Positions 26,138 through 34,807 of a stretch of DNA of 64,000 nt are shown here, piece after piece. The notes under the pieces were generated by a model, which was given only the letters and a program-made list of their open reading frames with translations, was not told where the DNA came from and ran no database searches. The stretch is taken from NCBI GenBank assembly GCA_030638575.1, contig DAOWEJ010000103.1:5417-69416 (forward strand), given 5' to 3'. The position numbers and the translations under genes were made by a program. Each line of letters begins with the position of its first letter. The stretch's first letter is position 1. Source of the DNA: Deltaproteobacteria bacterium (lineage in GTDB: Bacteria > Desulfobacterota > Desulfobacteria > Desulfobacterales > JAUWMJ01).

Positions 26138-28468
26138 TTAAGCAATTCCGATGAATTCAAAATTTAACTTTGCCTGGAACTTTTCAATTCTTATAAAGAT
26201 TTCCTTTAGCATTTTCTGTTCGATACGGGTAAGTGTTTTTGGGTTTATATAGTTGTCGGGTTTTGCCTTTTCATCAATTATTGCTGTGAGTTGGCGTACA
26301 AACCGCAGCTGCAGGAGGAAACTGTAAGCTCTTTCAAGTTCTTCATATTCCTGTCGGTTGAAGACCCTTTTTATGTATAGCTGGCGCAGTCTTTCAAGAG
26401 TATTGGTTTCTTCGATTTTATTTTTCAGGGCATAAATTCTTGCAAAATCGACGATGGGCGTCATGGCGCTTTTAATATCGAAAGCATCGCGGTGTTCGCC
26501 TTTTGATTCAACGACAAAATTTCGAAAAAAGCCAAGAGGCGGCTTAAAGTACAGGGCATTTTCAGTCAGATGGCGGAAAAATCCCGACCAACCTTCCAGG
26601 GAACCAAAAAGGTGCCGGCGGAGGGAATCGATAAGGGTGTCATCACCATAACCTATGCGAAAATCAAAAAAGATACTGGCTTGAAGCAGGTCTTCAGCTT
26701 CAGCAGCATGAATCCAGCTTGAAAAATATTTTTTCCATTTCGATAAAGGTTGGCACCATTTGGGGTTTTTTGCCATTACATCGCCGGTGCAAAAGTCATA
26801 TCCGGCCTTGTCGAGCATGGTGCATACTTTTTCTCCGAACTTAAGAAAATAGTCTCTTACCCTAGACTCATCTTCTTTTGGAACATCTTCAAAAATAATT
26901 GCATTATCCTGGTCGGTTTTCAGAGTTTGTTCCCTTCTGCCTTCACTCCCTAAAATCATGAATACAAACTTAGCAGGCGGCTGTCCTAATGTATCGAGTG
27001 TATATCCTATAAGCTTGGCAAGGATGGAGCACGACACCGTGGTGATAAATCGGGTTAAGTTTTCCGCCTTTGCCCCGCTGGTTATCAGACTCTGGATCTG
27101 CCTGGGAAGCTTGTTATGTCTGTCGATGATCTCCTCTATGTTGTTTGCTGCCGAAATTTCGCGAACAAGGAATACCGGTGATTTTCCCTGGGCAGTAAGA
27201 AGGTCGCGGTTGGTAAGAATTCCTGTTACCTTTTCATTGGCATCCGTAACGGCAATATGCCTGATATCTTCCTGCATCATTGCCATAAGGGCCTCAAAAA
27301 TAAGGGCGTGGTCTGAAATCGTGTACACGGGTGAAGACATGATATCTGAAACAGGCCGTGAAATATCATATCCGGTTGCAATAACTTTTTTTGTAAGGTC
27401 TTTTTCCGTTACAACCCCTACACAGTTTCCATCCTGCGTATTAATAAAAATAGAACTTATTTGTTCCCGGCTCATTATTCCGGCTGCTTCCTGGATGGAC
27501 ATTTTTGTATTACCGAAAACAGGTTTTTTAGCAGAAATGTTTGCAACAGTCTGGTTGAAAAATTGCAGCCCCTCTTCTTCGGGCTGCATTGTCTTTGCAA
27601 TAATGGAAGCATACGATTTTTCAAGCATCCGTTTGCCGAAGGTATCTGTAAAATATTCGGTGAACGCTTTATAGCGTGAGCAGATATCTAAAAACAGTTG
27701 TTTCGGAAGAAGATAAAAAGACGATATTTCATTTACCCTAAATGTCCGCACCGAGATACCGTCATTTACAAGCATCGATATACCGCCGTATATGTCGCCT
27801 TCGCTTAACATCTCAATCATAGTTTTTTTATGGTTTTCTTCGTAATATCGCTCTGCCGAACCTTTTTGTACGATATAAAGATATCCCACCCTGGATCGTT
27901 CCTGAACAAACAGGACTGTATCTTTAGGATGATGCACCATGGTAAGCTTGGGGACTATCCGACTAATCTCCTCTTCAGGGAGGAAGGAAAATGGCTCCAC
28001 TCCGGTCAGGAAACGTTTTGCCTGGCCGGTTTCAATAATCGATGCGATTGATTCATCAAATATATTTTTACTGAAATTTTTAACAAAGTATTCGTAAAAT
28101 GCCTTGTTACGTGTACAGTAATCCTGGAAATCTTCTTTGGGAATCATATAGCCGGAGCAATCCTTGTCAACAATGATCGTTCTTAAGGAAATACCACCGT
28201 TCATCAGTATTGTAATTCCACCGAACACTTCACCAGGCTTAATATAGCCTACCAGTTTTTTTTCTCCCTGTTTTTCGTTATAAAGTGCGAAAGAGCCCTT
28301 TTGCACGACAAAGATACTGTCTATTTTTGTCTTGTCCTGAACTGCAAAAAGAGTGCCCTTAGGATGGCTTTTAAAGGAAGCCTTATCGGAAATTTTTTTT
28401 AATTCTTTCTTTGAGAGAAAGGAAAAATGGGGCATGTTTGACAAATATTTTAAGGCTTGTTCACTCAT
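26138..28468 (-). CDS. Two cNMP-binding-like domains + CBS pair + DUF294-type nucleotidyltransferase protein
   Basis: Two cNMP-barrel-like segments (GEVFGGITILMNG, GDIYGGISMLVNDG), then a CBS pair. The pol-beta NTase signature is GSEGRREQTLKTDQDNAI. Start set at MSEQALKYL (ATG 28468); the track's upstream 26 codons lie in MITE B3. Confidence 0.8.
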   Translation of the reverse strand: MSEQALKYLSNMPHFSFLSKKELKKISDKASFKSHPKGTLFAVQDKTKIDSIFVVQKGSFALYNEKQGEKKLVGYIKPGEVFGGITILMNGGISLRTIIVDKDCSGYMIPKEDFQDYCTRNKAFYEYFVKNFSKNIFDESIASIIETGQAKRFLTGVEPFSFLPEEEISRIVPKLTMVHHPKDTVLFVQERSRVGYLYIVQKGSAERYYEENHKKTMIEMLSEGDIYGGISMLVNDGISVRTFRVNEISSFYLLPKQLFLDICSRYKAFTEYFTDTFGKRMLEKSYASIIAKTMQPEEEGLQFFNQTVANISAKKPVFGNTKMSIQEAAGIMSREQISSIFINTQDGNCVGVVTEKDLTKKVIATGYDISRPVSDIMSSPVYTISDHALIFEALMAMMQEDIRHIAVTDANEKVTGILTNRDLLTAQGKSPVFLVREISAANNIEEIIDRHNKLPRQIQSLITSGAKAENLTRFITTVSCSILAKLIGYTLDTLGQPPAKFVFMILGSEGRREQTLKTDQDNAIIFEDVPKEDESRVRDYFLKFGEKVCTMLDKAGYDFCTGDVMAKNPKWCQPLSKWKKYFSSWIHAAEAEDLLQASIFFDFRIGYGDDTLIDSLRRHLFGSLEGWSGFFRHLTENALYFKPPLGFFRNFVVESKGEHRDAFDIKSAMTPIVDFARIYALKNKIEETNTLERLRQLYIKRVFNRQEYEELERAYSFLLQLRFVRQLTAIIDEKAKPDNYINPKTLTRIEQKMLKEIFIRIEKFQAKLNFEFIGIA

Positions 28469-28486
28469 AGTTACACCCTTTATTTT

Positions 28487-28681
28487 GACGTTCTCGTAAA
28501 AAGTCTCCCGCTTCAGTGCAGCGGGACGTTGTGCTGCATTTCGCAATCATTCAAAATACGATAAGTACTTCTTGTGATTATCCCGCTTTAGCGGGACACG
28601 CCTTTTTATCCCGTTGCTTTTTAGCGGGGGAATTTGAACTTTTTACGAAACCGTCTAAATCAGACTTTTTACGAGTTCATC
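28487..28681 (+). mobile_element. MITE-like repeat family B, copy B3
   Basis: GACGTTCTCGTAAAAAGTC...GACTTTTTACGAGTTCATC. Flanks are TTATTT(T)/TTATTT. Begins 19 nt upstream of the cNMP/CBS gene start. Confidence 0.85.
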
Positions 28682-28702
28682 TTATTTAGATAATCACTAA
28701 AC

Positions 28703-28854
28703 GAGACCTTTGAAAAATGCCCAGTTTTGTTCAAGTTCAAGGAAGGCGATCCGCCTCAGGCGGATTAACCACAGGTCCGCCTGAGGCGGATCGAGGATTA
28801 CAATTTGAGCCTGACACAGAAATTGGGCAAAAGGGGGTGTTTTGCAAAGGTCTC
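28703..28854 (-). mobile_element. MITE-like repeat family A, copy A3 (inverted, double-hairpin variant)
   Basis: GAGACCTTTGAAAAATG...TTTTGCAAAGGTCTC. 5-bp direct repeat TAAAC (28698-28702 and 28855-28859). Carries two GATCCGCCTSAGGCGGA hairpins. Confidence 0.9.
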
Positions 28855-28936
28855 TAAACCTGATGGATATGACTGTCGATAAATTCATCATGTATACAGT
28901 ATAAGAAAAAAAAGTTTTTGTGTCAAATTTTCGCCA

Positions 28937-29929
28937 TTATATATATTGCCTCATATGAAAAGGAGCTTCGATCATAGCGCTCCACTGAAGGAGGATTGAT
29001 ATCCAGGAAAGAGTGTTCGCACTTTTTGGTGCAATAAAGCCTGACCCGAGTAAAAGCCCGATTATGAGCATACTGCTGACATAACACCCCAAAAAATACC
29101 AGCCTGCCTTATTTCGTTTCTGGAGAAGCTGCCCTGTCCCAGGGCAAAGCCACCCCATAGCGAAAAGGGCAATGCCATATGCTGCCGACGGCTTTGTCCA
29201 TTTATTGTCAGCACCCGAAGAATGATAAGCTAAACTTGCAATAGTACCTGCTATGGCAAAATATCTGGCTGTCTCCTGAAAGAGATTACCAAAACTGAAG
29301 TTCAGTTTAATCATCTGTTCTTTTATAATATTAATGAGTGCATAGGGATTGTCGGTCGATAGTTGTCCGCTCTTTACCATCAAGGAAATACTCTGGTATA
29401 AATGTATATAGGCCGGAAGAATAAGAAGTATTCCAAGAAGGTATCCGGCAAACAGGATATAACCGAATTGTCGCGAACCTGTATAGATTTGACCGGCTCC
29501 GGGGCAAAACCAGGAGATCGCCACTCCCCATGGCACGCTTTCCTGTGGAGGTTCACCGGTTTTTTTTTGATGTTTTATTGCAACATCGACTGATGAAATC
29601 ATAGCCCACGACCAGATGTAATAAATACCTAAACAAGAGATTCCGAAGGAGAAAAAGGGTAGATCGGGCAACGCAAATGGCCTGGCCTGGTTGATACTGT
29701 CAAAAAACAGATTCATGGTACTTACCATGATATCTATAAACGTCCAGTTAAACCATACCAGGAAAAAAATGAATAATGATGCAGTAATAAAACCCCTGAT
29801 GCGGGAACCGGCATATATTTCACCAAGCCCTGGGGCACTGGCACCATAAATAAAGGCGCGGTGCACACTTATAGGCTTTTTGCTGTCAGGCCTTTCTTTA
29901 GTTTTATGTATTTCGCCCGGTAAGATCAA
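28937..29929 (-). CDS. Polytopic membrane protein with three PG-GQ/E-Y-G repeats
   Basis: APGLGEIYAGSRIRGF, CPGAGQIYTGSRQFGY and CPGTGQLLQKRNKAGWY each precede a pair of TM helices. No family assigned. Confidence 0.55.
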   Translation of the reverse strand: MILPGEIHKTKERPDSKKPISVHRAFIYGASAPGLGEIYAGSRIRGFITASLFIFFLVWFNWTFIDIMVSTMNLFFDSINQARPFALPDLPFFSFGISCLGIYYIWSWAMISSVDVAIKHQKKTGEPPQESVPWGVAISWFCPGAGQIYTGSRQFGYILFAGYLLGILLILPAYIHLYQSISLMVKSGQLSTDNPYALINIIKEQMIKLNFSFGNLFQETARYFAIAGTIASLAYHSSGADNKWTKPSAAYGIALFAMGWLCPGTGQLLQKRNKAGWYFLGCYVSSMLIIGLLLGSGFIAPKSANTLSWISILLQWSAMIEAPFHMRQYI

Positions 29930-30376
29930 TATTTTCGCCTTTTAATGGATTTTTACTTATTTTTCTACATGCCTGCCTGAATCGACGGGCTCTGTAAGTT
30001 GATTGTTTTATTTAGGACATGGTTTTCCAGTATTGTTAGGGAGAATATTTTGCTTTCGAATACGTTCCTTGTTCGGCGGAAGTAAATAAACCTGATAATA
30101 TAAAAAAAACTAGGAGTAGTAAGCTTATAAAAAATCATTTCTAAAAATAGTAGATTTTCACCGTCGAATGAAGAACTCACTAGCAACAAAGCCGCAAGGC
30201 TTTTGCTGTCAGGTGAAATGTAATGATAATATTGAAGGCTTTCTCCCAAGGCATGATAAAGTATTCTTAACCAAAAAACATTTCAAACCAAAGAAGGAAG
30301 CCAAATGTGATTTTACAAAAAACAACACAATACGTTTTTTGAAGTGCTAAAATGCTAACTGTATTTTAATATACTA

Positions 30377-31363
30377 TCAGTGTCTGTTCGTTTTAATATT
30401 GAATTTAAGTAGTTTGTATCTCAAAGTTCTGGGGCTGATGTTAAGGATCCTTGCTGTCTTTTCTTTATCACATTCGGTTCTGTTTAGAGCTTCTAAAATG
30501 GCTTTTGTTTCTGCAGTTTTACGTACTTGTGCTAAATCCATCATTTGAGGTGGTTCTTGAAAATGCCAAAGAAAATCCGATGGGAGCGATCTTGGACTGA
30601 TAACATCTTTATCATTAACAATGAACACTCTTTCAATGAGATTTTTTAGTTCCCTGACATTTCCCGGCCAGTCATACCGAAGGAAAATATTAATGAGCTC
30701 CGGTGTGACTGATGGTTTCGGCTTTTTATATTTGGCCGCCATTTGATTAAGAAACTGATCTACCATTTTGGGGATGGCTTCTCTTCTTTTTCTAAGTGGT
30801 GGTAAGTGGATAGGTACAACCTGAATTCTGTAAAAAAGATCCTCCCGGAAAGAATCGGCTTTGATAAGAGATTTTAAATTTTTATTCGTTGCGGAAATCA
30901 GGCGGATCGATACCTGAATTTTTTTTTCGCCTCCGATCCTTCTGAACCTGAAATCTTCTAAAACTCGTAAAAAATCAACTTGATTTTCAACAGGTAGCTC
31001 AGAAATTTCGTCAAGAAACAGGGTGCCTTGATGTGCCATTTCAAAACAGCCCTTTTTTCTGCGGGTGGCACCTGTAAAAGCTCCTTTTTCATGCCCGAAC
31101 AGCTTGTCTTCAAACATTAAGCCTGAAAGAACACCACAATTTACAGGGACAAAGGGATTCACAGCTCTGGGACTAAGGAGGTGAATAATTTTAGCAAGCA
31201 ATTCCTTGCCGGTGCCACTTTCCCCGGTAATCAAAACATTTACATCAAATCCGGCTACCTGATTGACAACCTTCATTATAGAATGCATGGAAGAGCATTC
31301 TAAAACAAACTCTTGTATTGCAGCATCACGAAGAAACTTTATGTTGGATGATTGAAGTTTCAT
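30377..31363 (-). CDS. Sigma-54-dependent activator, AAA+ plus HTH only
   Basis: GESGTGKE, HEKGAFTGA, LFLDEI, and HTH KTARILNISPRTLRYKLLKF. I start it at MKLQSS (ATG 31363). The track's TTG start at 31507 would add 48 low-complexity residues. Confidence 0.85.
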   Translation of the reverse strand: MKLQSSNIKFLRDAAIQEFVLECSSMHSIMKVVNQVAGFDVNVLITGESGTGKELLAKIIHLLSPRAVNPFVPVNCGVLSGLMFEDKLFGHEKGAFTGATRRKKGCFEMAHQGTLFLDEISELPVENQVDFLRVLEDFRFRRIGGEKKIQVSIRLISATNKNLKSLIKADSFREDLFYRIQVVPIHLPPLRKRREAIPKMVDQFLNQMAAKYKKPKPSVTPELINIFLRYDWPGNVRELKNLIERVFIVNDKDVISPRSLPSDFLWHFQEPPQMMDLAQVRKTAETKAILEALNRTECDKEKTARILNISPRTLRYKLLKFNIKTNRH

Positions 31364-31580
31364 AAAATTTAAATGAAAAATCAGGTGTTGAAAAGTCGAG
31401 TGTGGGAGCCTGATCGGCGCATGAAGGGTAATTATGTTCAGGCAAATTCTTAAAATGCTTCGGCAGCGAAGCACCCTCAACAAATCAGGTTTTATCGGGA
31501 TTGTCAAAAAAAACAGTTTCCAGCCAAGCTTTAATTAAATCTGAATTGATTTAGAGTCAAGATAATTGGCAAGCTTTTTC

Positions 31581-31606
31581 ACGTTTTGGCAATATTTTGC
31601 CAAAAC
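31581..31606. promoter_or_regulatory. Perfect palindrome, candidate enhancer (UAS) for the adjacent sigma-54 activator
   Basis: CGTTTTGGCAA-tatt-TTGCCAAAACG is centred about 107 bp upstream of the -24 element. An extra half-site TTGGCAAG lies at 31565-31572. Confidence 0.55.
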
Positions 31607-31699
31607 GGTACCGTCGGTCTTTTTTTCTTAAAATGTCGGCGATTTTGATTACTGTTATTATAACAGTTAGTTATAAGCCATACCTATTATATTCAAATT

Positions 31700-31715
31700 T
31701 GGCACATCCTTTGCT
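31700..31715 (+). promoter_or_regulatory. Sigma-54 (-24/-12) promoter
   Basis: TGGCAC-atcct-TTGCT matches TGGCAC-N5-TTGCW exactly. It lies 40-65 nt upstream of the first CBS gene and is divergent from a sigma-54 activator gene. Confidence 0.8.
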
Positions 31716-31778
31716 TTACCTTATTACTTCGCTATTGCCTGTAGAGGCTCAGTTTTGAATTATAAGGATACAAACTTT

Positions 31779-32285
31779 ATGCCTTTTGAAAAGATCGTTA
31801 ATGAATTTATGCGCCCCTTAAACCAGTATCCTGTTTTAAGAACCGGGCAAACGGTAAGCACAGCTTTAAATCAAATCAAAAAGTCTTTACGCCGGAATAA
31901 ATTACCTCATCTAATTGTAGCGGAAAATGACGCTTCAGGGGCCGAAATAATCAAAGGGTTTATTACACCTTCGGATATAGTCTTCGGGATGGCTGAACAT
32001 TTTCTTAAAGGCGCGGAAAAAACCGGCCCGATTTTCTGGGAAGGCCAATTGGAAACAGAATGCCGGTTTGCCGTTCAAAAACGTATTGAAGAAGTCATGA
32101 CGCCTATTAAGGTCTGTATTAGAGATGATGAAATGCTGATGGAAGCGATTTTTTTATTAAAGAAATATCAGGTAGATCTTCTTCCGGTAGTTCATGATGA
32201 CGAAGTGATCGGATTGATCCATCTTGAAGACATTTTAAAGCAAATTGCTCATATGGCCATAAAAAAAATCCCAACCGGTATTTAA
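31779..32285 (+). CDS. Stand-alone CBS-pair protein
   Basis: Two CBS-like motifs (…IIKGFITPSDIVF…, …VIGLIHLEDILKQI). ATG at 31779 has AAGGA 9 nt upstream; the track's TTG start is at 31755. Confidence 0.75.
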   Translation: MPFEKIVNEFMRPLNQYPVLRTGQTVSTALNQIKKSLRRNKLPHLIVAENDASGAEIIKGFITPSDIVFGMAEHFLKGAEKTGPIFWEGQLETECRFAVQKRIEEVMTPIKVCIRDDEMLMEAIFLLKKYQVDLLPVVHDDEVIGLIHLEDILKQIAHMAIKKIPTGI

Positions 32286-32470
32286 AATAAATTCCGGCAG
32301 GCCGGATAAGGGGACAAGGGAATCGTATTATCAATATCCTTGTTTTAACATTAGAGCGAAAGGGATAAAGAAGTTTTTTTCCAATACCTGGGAAAAGCTA
32401 CTGAGCGTTTTTTATCGATAGTTCATTAATGTTACTTCATGCCCAACTATTTTAATTAAGGAGATTTTAT

Positions 32471-33025
32471 ATGAGAGCGATAATTGTAAAAAATTTGATG
32501 GTGCCACTCAAAGAATATGCAACTGTTTCCCAAGAGGCTACTCTGTACGAGGCAGTCCTTGCTTTGGAAAAAGCTCAAATGGCACTTGACCCGTCACAGC
32601 ATAAACACCGTGCAATATTGGTGCTTGATGAGAGCAGAAAAGTTTTGGGTAAAATAAGCATGAAAGATATCCTGATCGCACTTGAACCGAATTATGGGAA
32701 ATTGGAAGGTATGGGAGTGCTATCCAGTTCAGGATATAGTCCGGAGTTGATCAAGTCCATGCTCGAAGATAACGTTCTTTGGCGTGAACCTTTAGAGTTT
32801 GTTTGCAACAGGGCAACCAAACTGAAAGTGAGCGATTTTATCAGAGCTCCCCTGGATGGTGAGCATATTGATGAAAATGCTACACTGGGTGAGGCAATAC
32901 ACCAACTGGTTGTGTATCGTTTTCATTCTCTGCTTGTGACCAGCGGTGATGAGGTCGTGGGAGTATTAAGGCTGTCTGATGTATTCACAAAAATTTGTGA
33001 CAAGATCAAATCCTGCGAATTTTGA
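32471..33025 (+). CDS. Stand-alone CBS-pair protein
   Basis: VLGKISMKDILIAL and VVGVLRLSDVFTKI are CBS motifs. SD AAGGAG upstream. Confidence 0.75.
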   Translation: MRAIIVKNLMVPLKEYATVSQEATLYEAVLALEKAQMALDPSQHKHRAILVLDESRKVLGKISMKDILIALEPNYGKLEGMGVLSSSGYSPELIKSMLEDNVLWREPLEFVCNRATKLKVSDFIRAPLDGEHIDENATLGEAIHQLVVYRFHSLLVTSGDEVVGVLRLSDVFTKICDKIKSCEF

Positions 33026-33102
33026 ATCCGAACTGTTTTTGAGAACAGGCGAGATACAATTAAATAGAAATTTTAATGAGATACATAAGGAGGAGTTTTT
33101 TT

Positions 33103-34707
33103 ATGGACGTTAATACTCACGGAGAAAAAACCGGAATATTCGCCAAGAAAGGACTGTGGATCGGTATAGGTGTTGGTATTTTTATACTAGTAGCCTTTAT
33201 TTTGCCAACGCCCCAGTCTCTTATCGACGTAATGGAAAAATACGGGTATGTCCAAAAAATGATTGACTGGGAGATCGCCCATGACGTTAAGGAGGCTTCC
33301 GCTAAAACGATGATCGTACTGGGGATTGTTCCCATGGCGGTTATCTTTTTTGCCGTAGAGGCCCTCCCCATCGGCGCAACGGGCATCCTGATGCCTCTCA
33401 TGGCTTACTTTTTCGGGCTTCTTCCTTTCAACCTGATTGGGAAAACCTTTTCCGGTGATGCACCTTTGTTCATGCTTGGCGTTTTTGCCTTGGGAGCGAC
33501 GGTTGTAGAGGTAGGTTTCCATAAGCGATTGGCCGTTTGGCTGCTGGGATGGACCAAAGGGTTCTGGGTTCCTATGATCGTGTTGTGCATAAGTATGTCA
33601 ATCGTGGGTTCGTTTATGTCGGCCCCAGCTATGTGTTCTTTTATGGTGCCGGTGATAATGGCTGTCTATTACGGGTCGGTGAAGGCCAACAGCCCGGAGG
33701 GGAAGGTGGTTCACGATCCGGCTCTGGCCAAATTTCTGCTTTTTTCCCTTTGCTTCGCCCTGAATATGGGAGGGCCCGGAACACCTTCTGCCGGCGGACG
33801 TAATGTGATCATGATGGGTTTCTTTAACGAATACGGCATACCGATCACTTACTCCGGCTGGATGAAATACGGGTGGCCACTGGTGCCGCTCGGCAGTGTC
33901 ATGCTGTTGCTCTATATGGCAACTTTTTTTAGCAAGAAAATTAAGACTCGGGATCTGACCCCAGGGCTGCAATATATAAAGGACGAGACGCGCAAAATGG
34001 GAAATATGAGTTATGCCGAATATATCACTGCCGGGTCGCTTTTCCTCATTGTGGCCCTCTGGATATTTGGCGGAGAAGCAACGGGATTGGGCGGTCCGGC
34101 TCTTCTGGCTCTTGTAATACCGGTTTTATTCAAGACCGTGAAATTTGAAAATATACTGAACCGTATATCCTTTAATGCATGGTTCATGTACTGCGGTGCT
34201 TTGACTCTGGGCGCCCTTCTTAAGGAAAGTGGCGGCGCCCTGTGGCTGGCGACAACCTTTCTGGACGGGCTCTCACAAGTTGGCATGGATAAAGGTTACG
34301 GGTTGTGGGTCGGGATGTCCGCTTTCTCCGGTCTTGTTACCAATTTTATGTCTGATGCCGCCACCGTCGCCCTTATCGGGCCGATTGTCGTCCCCATGGG
34401 GATTATGACTCAGGTCGCCGGGGAGCCCTGGGCCATCGGCATGGCCGTGGCACTGGCATCTTCTTATGCCCATTTTCTTATTGTGGGCTCACCTGCCAAT
34501 GCGCTCACATTTGCACTGGGAGTTTATCCCGATACAAATAAGCGGGTCCTTGAAGCGATTGATTTTGTAAAATACGGTTTCGGATTTTTTGTGCTGTCCA
34601 TGCTTTTGCTCTGGATCGTCGGATTTTTTGTGGTCTATCCCATCGTTGGTTTTCCGGAAGGGGTTCTCGAGCAGGCAACGCAGGTGCTTCAAAGTACTGC
34701 CCGGTAG
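33103..34707 (+). CDS. DASS/SLC13-like (ArsB/NhaD superfamily) anion transporter
   Basis: About 12-14 TM helices with paired hairpin-like SFMS-APA / SDAATVAL motifs. ATG 33103 is preceded by AAGGAGGAG 7 nt upstream (track start 33076). Confidence 0.65.
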   Translation: MDVNTHGEKTGIFAKKGLWIGIGVGIFILVAFILPTPQSLIDVMEKYGYVQKMIDWEIAHDVKEASAKTMIVLGIVPMAVIFFAVEALPIGATGILMPLMAYFFGLLPFNLIGKTFSGDAPLFMLGVFALGATVVEVGFHKRLAVWLLGWTKGFWVPMIVLCISMSIVGSFMSAPAMCSFMVPVIMAVYYGSVKANSPEGKVVHDPALAKFLLFSLCFALNMGGPGTPSAGGRNVIMMGFFNEYGIPITYSGWMKYGWPLVPLGSVMLLLYMATFFSKKIKTRDLTPGLQYIKDETRKMGNMSYAEYITAGSLFLIVALWIFGGEATGLGGPALLALVIPVLFKTVKFENILNRISFNAWFMYCGALTLGALLKESGGALWLATTFLDGLSQVGMDKGYGLWVGMSAFSGLVTNFMSDAATVALIGPIVVPMGIMTQVAGEPWAIGMAVALASSYAHFLIVGSPANALTFALGVYPDTNKRVLEAIDFVKYGFGFFVLSMLLLWIVGFFVVYPIVGFPEGVLEQATQVLQSTAR

Positions 34708-34807
34708 CCTGCGAAAATATTAGCGGTCAGCTAAGATCTCTTTGAGCAATATTGTTTTTTACTTTTAACTTTTCAGGCCGTTCGGGTTGGGAGGTAAAGC
34801 ATAAACT

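Noticed and set aside
28469-28546. N-terminal extensions of several track ORFs: 26138..28546 here, plus 18674..19867, 30377..31507 and 43821..44333.
   Set aside because: The extensions begin at TTG codons, lie in repeat or promoter DNA, and precede an ATG with a better SD or a signal peptide.
29876-29881. Apparent one-base phase slip at a T-run when I hand-translated the minus strand of ORF 28937..29929.
   Set aside because: The supplied track shows one uninterrupted 330-aa ORF. I attribute the discrepancy to my own manual counting and do not call a frameshift.
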